DNA of 61,951 bases, from NCBI GenBank assembly GCA_964453135.1, contig CAYVOL010000004.1, positions 1-61,951 on the forward strand, read 5' to 3'. The stretch is from an uncultured Candidatus Saccharibacteria bacterium. GTDB taxonomy: Bacteria; Patescibacteriota; Minisyncoccia; UBA6257; UBA9933. Shown here piece by piece: positions 53,892 to 61,951 of the stretch. A program made the position numbers and the translations under genes. Below the pieces are notes generated by a model. That model had not been told where the DNA came from. It made no database searches and saw only the letters and a program-made list of their open reading frames with translations. Every line of letters starts with the position of its first letter. Position 1 is the first letter of the stretch.

Positions 53892-56321
53892 ATGAAGAAA
53901 CACCTTTCAACTGCGAGAATTTTATTTGGGACGGCTTTGGCAATCGCTTTGTTTTATCCGTCTCTTAATGCTTTGGCGGCTGCGTCGTTTAATAACGATT
54001 CTCAGGATCGCCCCACTCTTCAGGTTTCCAACTATTCTCTTAACCCCGGGTGCACCACCTGCTGGTCAACTTCTGTTTCCGCCAATGCCGGAGATATTGT
54101 TAGTTTTTTGATATATTACCACAATACTTCTCAAGAAACCGCTTTGCAAACTCGCTTGAACGCCATTTTGCCTAGCGCCGCTTTTACTTCTGTTGTTGTC
54201 ACCGGTCAAGTTTGGGCGCAAAACGCTTCTCCCGCGATGGGCAACGCGAGTATTCATCTTTCTTCCAGTCAAACTTTAACATTTATTCCGGGATCGGTTT
54301 CTTGGTATCCTAACCGTTCTTCTTCTGCGCAGTCGCTCCTTAACGGGCAAAGCGGAAGCGAGGTGGTGTCTTCCGGTGGATTGAACGTGGGCGACGTTGC
54401 GCCAGGATGGGGGACGCAAGGATATTTGGTTTTCAGGGCGCAAGTGAGCAACAACACCTCCGGCTCCGCTCCTTCTGTCATCACCAATTCCGCCACCAAC
54501 ATTTCCCAAAATTCCGCCACTTTGAACGGCTCGGTCAATCCCAATAACAGTAATACCAACGTGTGGTTTGAATACGGCACCACTTTTTCTTTGGGAAATC
54601 AGACAAACACCCAATCCGCTGGTAACGGTAGCAATTCTATTTCTCTTAATTTCTCCTTATCCAATTTACAGCCCAACACCACTTATTACTTCCGCGCCGT
54701 GGCGCAGAATTCTTTTGGCACTTCTCAGGGCAGTATTTTGAGTTTCACCACTAACAGCGGAGGAGGAGGCGGCTCGGGCTCCGCGCCCACTGTTTACACT
54801 AATTCCGCCACTGGCGTGGGGCAAAATTTCGCCACATTTAACGCCACCGTTAATCCCAATGAGTCTAATACCAATATGTGGTTTGAATATGGGACTAATT
54901 TTTCTTTGGGATATACCACCGGTTATCAATCCGTTGGCAATTTGAATTATCAAACAAATATCATGGCGTATGCGGGAAATCTCAACCCCAACGCCACTTA
55001 TTACTTCCGCGCCGTGGCGCAGAATTCTTTTGGCACTTCTTACGGCAGTATTTTGAGTTTCAATACCAGCGGCTATGGATACGGCGGATATTATGGCAAT
55101 TACAATAATAATATTACTCCGACTGTTTACACTAATTCCGCCAGCAACATTTACGGCAACAGCGTCACTCTTAACGGCTCGGTCAATCCCAACGGCTCAT
55201 ACGCCAACGCTTGGTTTGAATACGGCACCACATATTCCTTGGGCTACACAACTGGCTATCAATCTGTCGGCACCAGCAACTATCAGATGAATATCGCTGC
55301 TTCTTTGTCCAATCTTTCTCCTAATGCCACTATCTACTTCCGCGCCGTGGCGCAGAACACTTATGGCACTTCCTATGGAAGTATTTTGAGCTTTACCACT
55401 GGAGCAGGAGGATATACCGGCTACGGCGGGTATTCAGCCGGAAACGCGCCGAGTGTTTATACTTCTCCCGCTACCTTTATTTTCCGCAATTCCGCCATGC
55501 TCAACGGCTCTGTTAATCCCAACAGCAGTTTAGCTACCGCGTGGTTTGAGTGGGGAACTAATTCTCAACTGGGCAATAGAACTTCCGATATTGGCGCGGG
55601 ACAAGGGAATTATTCTTCGCCGGTTTCTTTCGCGCTCACTGGTTTAAGCGATTCCACTGATTATTATTTCCGCTTGGTGGCGCAAAATTCTTACGGAACA
55701 AATTACGGAACCGTTTATACTTTCAAAACGCAAAACGGCGCCTATACTGCTCCTCGCGTTTATCAGCAGCCCACGGTTTATTACGCTCCCGCCGCGCCCG
55801 CGGCCAAAGAAGCGCCAATAGTTTTAAGTCCTTCTGTTGACAATCCCAATCCTCAAGCCGGAGATGAGATTTCTCTTATAATCACATACCGCAATAACGG
55901 AAAAAATCCTGTTTCTAACGCTGTTTTGAGAGTCGTTTTGCCCAAAGAAGTCAGCTATATTTCCTCCAATGTTCAGCCGTCTTCTGTTGACGGAAACAAT
56001 TTAAGATATGAATTGGGAACTTTTTACGGCAACAGCCAGGGAGTGATAACCGTCAAAGTGAAAATTGACAGCTCGGTAGACGCGGGAAGCGCTCTGGTTT
56101 TCGGCAGTATCCTTGATTATAATGACGAGAGAGGGAAATTTCAGAGCGTCAACGCTTATCTTACCGTGGCGATAAAAGGCGCGAAACTCACCGCTTCCAT
56201 TCTGGATTTTCTTTATGGATTTTTGAACAACTGGTTTGTTGATTTGCTGTTGGGATTGGCGCTGGGTTTCGGCATCTATCACTTTTTCATCAAAGGAAAA
56301 GATGCTGATGCGGCGGCGTAG
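53892..56321 (+). CDS. Surface protein with four FN3-like repeats, a DUF11-like domain and a C-terminal TM
   Basis: Signal peptide; 4x AP.V.T..A......AT.NG.VNPN.....WFEYGT...L...TTYYFR.VAQN..GT..G....FTT; then P.AGDEI...I.Y.N.G module. Confidence 0.82.
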   Translation: MKKHLSTARILFGTALAIALFYPSLNALAAASFNNDSQDRPTLQVSNYSLNPGCTTCWSTSVSANAGDIVSFLIYYHNTSQETALQTRLNAILPSAAFTSVVVTGQVWAQNASPAMGNASIHLSSSQTLTFIPGSVSWYPNRSSSAQSLLNGQSGSEVVSSGGLNVGDVAPGWGTQGYLVFRAQVSNNTSGSAPSVITNSATNISQNSATLNGSVNPNNSNTNVWFEYGTTFSLGNQTNTQSAGNGSNSISLNFSLSNLQPNTTYYFRAVAQNSFGTSQGSILSFTTNSGGGGGSGSAPTVYTNSATGVGQNFATFNATVNPNESNTNMWFEYGTNFSLGYTTGYQSVGNLNYQTNIMAYAGNLNPNATYYFRAVAQNSFGTSYGSILSFNTSGYGYGGYYGNYNNNITPTVYTNSASNIYGNSVTLNGSVNPNGSYANAWFEYGTTYSLGYTTGYQSVGTSNYQMNIAASLSNLSPNATIYFRAVAQNTYGTSYGSILSFTTGAGGYTGYGGYSAGNAPSVYTSPATFIFRNSAMLNGSVNPNSSLATAWFEWGTNSQLGNRTSDIGAGQGNYSSPVSFALTGLSDSTDYYFRLVAQNSYGTNYGTVYTFKTQNGAYTAPRVYQQPTVYYAPAAPAAKEAPIVLSPSVDNPNPQAGDEISLIITYRNNGKNPVSNAVLRVVLPKEVSYISSNVQPSSVDGNNLRYELGTFYGNSQGVITVKVKIDSSVDAGSALVFGSILDYNDERGKFQSVNAYLTVAIKGAKLTASILDFLYGFLNNWFVDLLLGLALGFGIYHFFIKGKDADAAA

Positions 56322-56407
56322 ATTTTTGAATTGCCGCTTGTTAGTCGTAGCTCTTTTTTTATTGCCCTAAATAGAACGTTAACTTTTCACTAAGGAAGGA
56401 GGAGAAG

Positions 56408-56590
56408 ATGTTCAGGATGAAGAAAGAAAAGAAGGAGTTGGAGTCCGAGATCGCCAAAGGGCTGGCAAAGGGGCTGGCTACTTTGCCCCAAGAAGAAATC
56501 GGGAAGGTGATAGCGCGTCTTCCCGAAAAGGTCAACGGAGGATTTCTCTTTAGGAAGGAGGTGATTTGGCATCTGAAGATGCTGAATTAG
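56408..56590 (+). CDS. Small hypothetical protein
   Basis: 60 aa with strong AGGAGG SD and its own terminator. Confidence 0.6.
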   Translation: MFRMKKEKKELESEIAKGLAKGLATLPQEEIGKVIARLPEKVNGGFLFRKEVIWHLKMLN

Positions 56591-56604
56591 TTGTTTATAA
56601 GTCC

Positions 56605-56641
56605 AAGGGGCTGTCCGCGAAATTACCGCGGCCAGCCCCTT
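56605..56641 (+). terminator. Intrinsic terminator-like hairpin
   Basis: AAGGGGCTG...CAGCCCCTT followed by a T-rich tract. Confidence 0.65.
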
Positions 56642-56691
56642 TATAATTTACGGCATATTGTTTTTTTTATTTTCTATCCTAAAATTATTAA

Positions 56692-57675
56692 ATGGATACC
56701 CAATTAGAAACCAATTCCAATTTTCCCCGCGATGCCTTTCTTCATGTCTCGGCCCTCATAACCCTGGCGGCTTCTTCTGTGGCTTTCGGCGCCTTGATTT
56801 TTCAGATAATCAATTATTATTTTCCCGATGTTTTAAGCTACGAACCGTTAGCCGGCATTTTAGACAGCATGCGATACGCCCTTGCTTCTTTGATAATCGT
56901 TTTTCCGATTTATGTATGGCTGATGAGATTTTTGAATAAAGACATCACCCTAAATCCAGGGAAAAAAGACTTGAAAATCCGCAAATGGCTTTTGTATCTG
57001 GCTTTGTTCGCCGCGGCTTTGACCATTGCCGGAGATTTGATTAGTTTAATTTACAATTTTCTGCAGGGCGAACTTACTTTAAGATTTGCTTTGAAGATAT
57101 TTACTATTCTGGCAATCGCGGGAGTGATTTTTATTTACTACAAAAAGATACTAAATCCGGAAAATATTGCTTCGCGGACGTTTGTTATTTTTGTCCTTCC
57201 CAAAATTATTATCGGTTTAACAGCGGCGGCGATAGTGGCGGGAATTTTCATCGCCGGTCTGCCGCAAAACCAAAGATTAGTCAGATTTGACGAGCAAAGG
57301 ATAAGCGATGTGCTGTCCGTCAACTCTTCTGTTGAAAATTATTGGAGCAAGAACAAAAAATTGCCGGAAAATTTGAATCAGTTAGAAACAGCGCTGGACA
57401 TCAAATTGCCGGTTGACCCGGAAACAAATTCGCCTTATGAATACACCAGAAAAGGAGATTTGGATTTTGAACTCTGCGCTGTTTTTCAAACAGCTTCGCG
57501 GGAAAACGCCAATGTTCGCGTTTTGCCCTACGGAGGAAGCAAATTGGAAGTTGATTTGCGCGGGCATTCTTCGGGAAAAAATTGTTTCAGCCGCAAAATA
57601 AATCCCGCCAATTATCCTTTGATCAATACTTCGCAAGAACCCTCATATATTCCTGCTCCTAAGGCAGGCCGGTAA
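56692..57675 (+). CDS. Membrane protein, DUF5671-like, with C-terminal soluble domain
   Basis: F.......L......G.L.F..I...FPD, A.LII.FP.Y, RKW..YL.LF, then D..R..D...I, DP.T..PYEY, FELCA.F. Confidence 0.7.
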   Translation: MDTQLETNSNFPRDAFLHVSALITLAASSVAFGALIFQIINYYFPDVLSYEPLAGILDSMRYALASLIIVFPIYVWLMRFLNKDITLNPGKKDLKIRKWLLYLALFAAALTIAGDLISLIYNFLQGELTLRFALKIFTILAIAGVIFIYYKKILNPENIASRTFVIFVLPKIIIGLTAAAIVAGIFIAGLPQNQRLVRFDEQRISDVLSVNSSVENYWSKNKKLPENLNQLETALDIKLPVDPETNSPYEYTRKGDLDFELCAVFQTASRENANVRVLPYGGSKLEVDLRGHSSGKNCFSRKINPANYPLINTSQEPSYIPAPKAGR

Positions 57676-57742
57676 CCGCTTGCCGTCATGGCGCGCCATA
57701 GCGGAAGCGTCTTTTTCTAAACGGCCCGAAGGCGGCAGTTGC

Positions 57743-58879
57743 CATATGGAATTTAAAATTCTTAAAAAATCAAAGAAAAGCCGGGCGCGCATAGGCGTTA
57801 TAAAAACATCTCATGGCGCTATAGAAACGCCGTCTTTTGTCCCGGTCGCCACTCAGGCGGCTGTTAAAACTCTGGCAAGCGAAGGAGCGGAAAACGCGGG
57901 CTGCCGCATTTTAATTTGTAATACTTATCACTTGCATTTGAGGCCCGGTGAAAAGATTATAAAAGCGGCCGGGGGACTCCATAAATTTATGAACTGGAAA
58001 AAGCCCTTGATGACTGATTCCGGCGGCTTTCAGGTTTTCAGTTTGGGTTTTGGCAGGGATTTTGGAGTGGGGAAAATTCTGAAAAGTCCCAACGGGGTGA
58101 AAATCCGGCAGGGCGAACAGCCGCAAAATATTAAAATTACGGACAAGGGCGTTTGGTTCCGGTCTCCATTCGACGGCAAGAAGATTTTTATCGGACCGAG
58201 AGAATCAATGAAAATCCAAGCCGCGTTAGGTGCCGATATTATTTTTGCTTTTGACGAATGCACTCCGCCATTAGCCGACCATGATTATACTAAAAAATCT
58301 TTGGAGAAAACCCATCAATGGGCGATTGAATCTTTGAAATTCAAAAATAAAAATCAGGCGTTATTCGGAATTGTTCAGGGCGGAAAATTTAAAGATTTGC
58401 GGATTGAGAGCGCGAAATTTATCGGCGCTTTGCCGTTTGACGGTTTTGGCATCGGCGGCGAATTCGGAGACAAAAAAAGCGAGATGGTAAAAATGATCGG
58501 CTGGGTGAATAACGAGCTTCCGGAAAACAAACCGCGGCATTTGCTGGGCATCGGACATCCGGAAGATATTGTAAAAATTATTAAAGCCGGCGTTGACACT
58601 TTTGACTGTGTCGCGCCGACACATTACGCGAGGAGAGGGTTCGCTTTTACGAGCGCGGGTAAATTAAATCTGGCGAAAAAAGATTTTTTGCGCCAGAGAA
58701 ATCCATTAGATAAAAGATGCCATTGCTGGGTTTGCCAGAATTACACCTGTTCCTATATTTGCCATCTGCTTCGCGCCAGAGAAATCACCGCATTGCGCCT
58801 CCTTACTTTCCATAATCTTTATTTTTTCAACGCTTTGGTGGAAAATATAAGAAAAGAAATTAAACAGGGAAAATTATAA
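57743..58879 (+). CDS. tgt: tRNA-guanine transglycosylase (start ATG about 57743)
   Basis: ETP.F.PVAT, NTYHL.LRPG, TDSGGFQVFSL, G.DII.AFDEC, GIVQGG, PRHLLG.G, FDCV.PT, zinc site C.C..C...H. Confidence 0.95.
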   Translation, partial: HMEFKILKKSKKSRARIGVIKTSHGAIETPSFVPVATQAAVKTLASEGAENAGCRILICNTYHLHLRPGEKIIKAAGGLHKFMNWKKPLMTDSGGFQVFSLGFGRDFGVGKILKSPNGVKIRQGEQPQNIKITDKGVWFRSPFDGKKIFIGPRESMKIQAALGADIIFAFDECTPPLADHDYTKKSLEKTHQWAIESLKFKNKNQALFGIVQGGKFKDLRIESAKFIGALPFDGFGIGGEFGDKKSEMVKMIGWVNNELPENKPRHLLGIGHPEDIVKIIKAGVDTFDCVAPTHYARRGFAFTSAGKLNLAKKDFLRQRNPLDKRCHCWVCQNYTCSYICHLLRAREITALRLLTFHNLYFFNALVENIRKEIKQGKL

Positions 58880-59023
58880 ATTTTACGGCTTGATAGACAA
58901 AATTGAACAAAATCATGATAGCAAAAAATAGCGATTGACACGCGGGATAAATTCAAAGATTATTATAAGGAACATTTCGAATTTTAATTTTGAGCGTTGA
59001 CATTTGCCATTTGAGTTTTTGCT

Positions 59024-59863
59024 ATGTTTATTTCCAACCGCCGCTGGCGCAAAAGAATCTCGCAGATTATAGTAATAATAATTGCCCTGATAACTATTGC
59101 GGGGCTATCTGATTTATTTTTTCTTTCTTCTTCGCGGCAGAATTCCATCACGAGCGAACGCGACAACACGGCGAAAAATTCTTCCCCCATCGATATGGGA
59201 AAAATCAATCTAACCACAGCTGACGGGATAAAAATAGCGGCTAATTATTTCCCCGCGAAAACCGATTCTCCAAAGGGCTGGATAATTTTCAGTCATATGA
59301 TGCCGGCAACCAAAGAATCCTGGAATGATTTAGCAGATTTTTTTGCGCGGCAAGGATATGAAGGTATTGCCGTTGATTTGCGCGGGCACGGGGAGTCCGT
59401 TGGCGGGCCAAACGGATTTTCTCAATTTTCCGACGCGCAGCATCAAAAAAGCATTTTAGATTTAGCGGCTGCGGCTGAATTTTTAAAGAGCAAAGGAGCG
59501 GCTCCTGAGAAAATAATTTTCATTGGGGCGTCTATTGGCGCTAATTTGTCTCTCCAATACATTGCTGAACATCCAGAGTTTAAGACCGCAATCCTTTTTT
59601 CTCCGGGCTTGGATTATCGCGGCATTAAAACCGAACCGCTGGTAAAAAAATTAGCTCGCGGGCAAAAAGTGCTTTTCATTAGCGCTAAAGACGATGAGCG
59701 TTCCAGCGGAAATAACGCCGAAATGAACAAAGAACTTTACGATTTAACCCATGCGGATGTTATAAAGAAAATTCAAATTTATGATATTGGCGGCCACGGC
59801 ACGGATATATTGTCAGCCCAGCCGGAATTAAAAAATCTTCTGGTTAATTTTATAGAATTATGA
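59024..59863 (+). CDS. Membrane-anchored alpha/beta hydrolase
   Basis: T.DG..I, HM, D.RGHGES, nucleophile elbow GASIG, SPG..Y, C-terminal GHGT. Confidence 0.85.
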   Translation: MFISNRRWRKRISQIIVIIIALITIAGLSDLFFLSSSRQNSITSERDNTAKNSSPIDMGKINLTTADGIKIAANYFPAKTDSPKGWIIFSHMMPATKESWNDLADFFARQGYEGIAVDLRGHGESVGGPNGFSQFSDAQHQKSILDLAAAAEFLKSKGAAPEKIIFIGASIGANLSLQYIAEHPEFKTAILFSPGLDYRGIKTEPLVKKLARGQKVLFISAKDDERSSGNNAEMNKELYDLTHADVIKKIQIYDIGGHGTDILSAQPELKNLLVNFIEL

Positions 59864-60501
59864 GCAAGAAAGATTACCAATTAGGGATTATCACCGGATT
59901 ACTGATAGGCCTTTTGGCCTTGCCTGTTTTAAGGGCTGTTCAGCCAATGCTTTTTGTAAAAATCGCGTTTTTTGTCCCGCTTTTCTTTTTAGTCGCCGTG
60001 CCTTTGGGGTTATTATTTTTCAGTATTATCGGCAAAAAAATTCCCGTGTTTTTACAGATCGGGAAATTCGGAGTAGTGGGAGTTTTGAACACGCTTATTG
60101 ATTGGGGGGTCCTGGCATTTTTGAGCTTTGCCTTGGAAAAATATTCCGGCGTAAAAGCGGAGGATATTTTTATCATCGGGATTAGTTTTTATGTTTTGTA
60201 TAAATCAGTTTCTTTTATCTGTGCTAATCTCAATAGTTATCTTTGGAATAAATTTTGGACATTTTCGGTTGATACTGCTAAAGACGCCAAAGTGGAGATG
60301 CTGCAATTTTTAGCCGTAAGCGTCATTGGCTTTATCTTGAACGTGGCGATTTCCTCTTATGTCTTCAATCACTTCGTCTTTTTCGGTTTAAGCTCTCATC
60401 AGCGGGAAATACTCGGCGCCGCAGTCGGCACAGTCGTCATATTAGCATGGAATTTTCTGGGATTTAAATATATCGTCTTTAAGCCAAAATTGTCTTCATA
60501 G
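59860..60501 (+). CDS. GtrA family membrane protein
   Basis: KFG.VG.LNT.ID.G, NSY.WNK.WTF, WNF.G.KY.VF. Confidence 0.85.
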   Translation: MSKKDYQLGIITGLLIGLLALPVLRAVQPMLFVKIAFFVPLFFLVAVPLGLLFFSIIGKKIPVFLQIGKFGVVGVLNTLIDWGVLAFLSFALEKYSGVKAEDIFIIGISFYVLYKSVSFICANLNSYLWNKFWTFSVDTAKDAKVEMLQFLAVSVIGFILNVAISSYVFNHFVFFGLSSHQREILGAAVGTVVILAWNFLGFKYIVFKPKLSS

Positions 60502-60518
60502 CAATGCTGGTTATTGTT

Positions 60519-60545
60519 GTCATTCCCGCAAAGGCGGGAATCCAG
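60519..60545. repeat. Single palindromic REP unit of a related GTCATTCCCGC-type family
   Basis: GTCATTCCCGCAAAGGCGGGAATCCAG. Confidence 0.75.
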
Positions 60546-60662
60546 CATTTTCAGTTCTTTGGCCCCGTGTCAATCTCAATGCTGAAAATTTCAAAATGTT
60601 TACGATGTGGATAATCTCTCTTGCGGGGGGGGCGTTCGTGGTAAGATAAAAAATAACCATCT

Positions 60663-61748
60663 TTGATGACCAATTTACATAAATCTCAACAAGGATTTGC
60701 GCCAATCGTGCTGATTATCGGAATCGTGGCTGTTTTGGCAATAGCAGGCGGATTTTATTTTGCGACTAAAATAACCAATAAACCCACGCCCTCCATAACC
60801 AACAACCAAAACCAAATTCAGCAAGTTGCGAATAACAATAAATTTACTAATGAACAACAAACTGCGGTGATTGCCACCAGTACGCAAAATCAAACCTCTG
60901 ACTGGGAAACTTATAGGAATGAGGAATTGGGTTTTGAAGTGGGGTATCCAAATGAATCTGGCTGGATCGTTAAAGTAGAATCCGCCGGCGCCCTTGTTGA
61001 AATTTACAATTTTGACAAAGGCGGTTTTAACGTAAGTTACACCACGCATTACGATCCATTGTTGCAAAGAAATCGGACTGCTCAAGAAATGGTTGAGGCA
61101 ACAATCAAGGATAGAAATCTTCATCAAGAAGGGCAACAAATAATTTTGGATGGAATAAATGCGACAAAACTTCAATATTATATAGGATTACAAACACGTA
61201 TCACGGAAATCATTGCTCAAAAGGAAGGTGATTCTAAAGTCTATATAATTGATATTGAAAATAAACCTAACGATTATCAAAATTGGAAATTGTTTGATCA
61301 GATTTTTTCCACCTTTAAATTTATAGGCAAAAATCAATCAGGAAATTTGAGGCCCACTATATCAATTATTTCTCCTGCCGGAGGAGAAGTGTGGCGCATT
61401 GGAGAAACACATACAATTAAATGGAAAGAAAATAATTTTCATGGTAAGAGTGGTTTAGTTTATATTGAGCTTTTAAAACAAAATGATGCAAAAAAGGATT
61501 ATTTTCTAGAGCACGATGACAGAAATATAATTAGAGAAAGCAATGGCATTAGCAGTTATGCATTAACTATTCCCCGTTCCGCTAGAACTTATGGGGAAGG
61601 TTGTGGTCCTGCTCCCTGTCCGCCAAACGAGGTTATTACGCCGGGCATATACAAACTTCTCTTAACCACCACGGGTGATGTTGCTGAAACAGAAGGTGGT
61701 GTATCATCATTGGGTTCCAGCGATTTGTTCTCCATCGCGGCCTATTAG
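60663..61748 (+). CDS. Hypothetical surface protein with pilin-like N-terminus
   Basis: QQG|FAPIVLII hydrophobic N-terminus, Asn/Gln linker, W.TY.N...GF...YP domain and PTI..ISP.GGE.W..G....I.W domain. Confidence 0.7.
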   Translation: MMTNLHKSQQGFAPIVLIIGIVAVLAIAGGFYFATKITNKPTPSITNNQNQIQQVANNNKFTNEQQTAVIATSTQNQTSDWETYRNEELGFEVGYPNESGWIVKVESAGALVEIYNFDKGGFNVSYTTHYDPLLQRNRTAQEMVEATIKDRNLHQEGQQIILDGINATKLQYYIGLQTRITEIIAQKEGDSKVYIIDIENKPNDYQNWKLFDQIFSTFKFIGKNQSGNLRPTISIISPAGGEVWRIGETHTIKWKENNFHGKSGLVYIELLKQNDAKKDYFLEHDDRNIIRESNGISSYALTIPRSARTYGEGCGPAPCPPNEVITPGIYKLLLTTTGDVAETEGGVSSLGSSDLFSIAAY

Positions 61749-61877
61749 AATTAAATAATCATAAAGAATGACGAACTTAATTCGTCATTTTTTGTGATTG
61801 TCCTAAAACAGCTTAAATTATCGCGCAAGTTGCATCTTTACCGCTTATATCTTAAAGTATAAATTACGGTTATTCGG

Positions 61878-61948
61878 CGGGCTGTAGTATACCGGCAGTA
61901 CGTGCGCTTCGGGTGCGTAAAGACTGGGTTCGATTCCCAGCAGCCCGA
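61878..61948 (+). tRNA. tRNA-Pro (CGG); CCA not encoded
   Basis: CGGGCTG/CAGCCCG acceptor, TGCGC-TTCGGGT-GCGTA anticodon arm, CTGGG-TTCGATT-CCCAG T-arm. Confidence 0.92.
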
Positions 61949-61951
61949 CAA

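Noticed and set aside
54679-55375. Near-identical FN3 segments as a DGR template/variable repeat pair
   Set aside because: Differences are not adenine-specific, both copies are coding modules of one gene, and no reverse transcriptase is in the window.
1-61951. Alternative genetic code (TGA read as Gly or Trp, as in some CPR lineages)
   Set aside because: Conserved genes are full-length under code 11, and several (copA, pheS, uvrA, uvrC, alaS, ileS) end at TGA at the expected position.

Overview
A gene-dense 62-kb chromosomal window using the standard code (TGA is a stop). I infer a Patescibacteria/CPR (Parcubacteria-like) bacterium from the shortened PheT and AlaRS, type-2 IleRS, scarce Shine-Dalgarno sites and large low-complexity surface proteins. 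It carries housekeeping genes (gpmA, pheST, rmuC, uvrA, uvrC, dnaG, rpoD, alaS, ileS, murI, tgt) and three tRNAs. Accessory content includes a copper/redox-stress cluster (Cu-ATPase, msrBA, nirK, ahpC), an ECF-sigma operon with a NOX-like ferric reductase, a cytochrome b5 and a MacAB-like exporter, and several large surface proteins. The most striking feature is a family of palindromic GTCAT..GAAGAATC / GATCCTTC..ATGAC repeats at eight loci. One inverted pair encloses a small GIY-YIG endonuclease gene, suggesting a candidate autonomous element, and one short pair sits in-frame inside ileS. Two further repeat families (7-nt and ~10-nt period) also lie in-frame in essential genes. Other highlights are a NirK with Gln in place of the type-1 Cu axial Met, a G1 glutamic peptidase fusion, a histidine-phosphatase domain inside IleRS, an initiator tRNA lacking G29-C41, and many apparently leaderless genes. 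All calls come from reading motifs by eye; no database searches were run.
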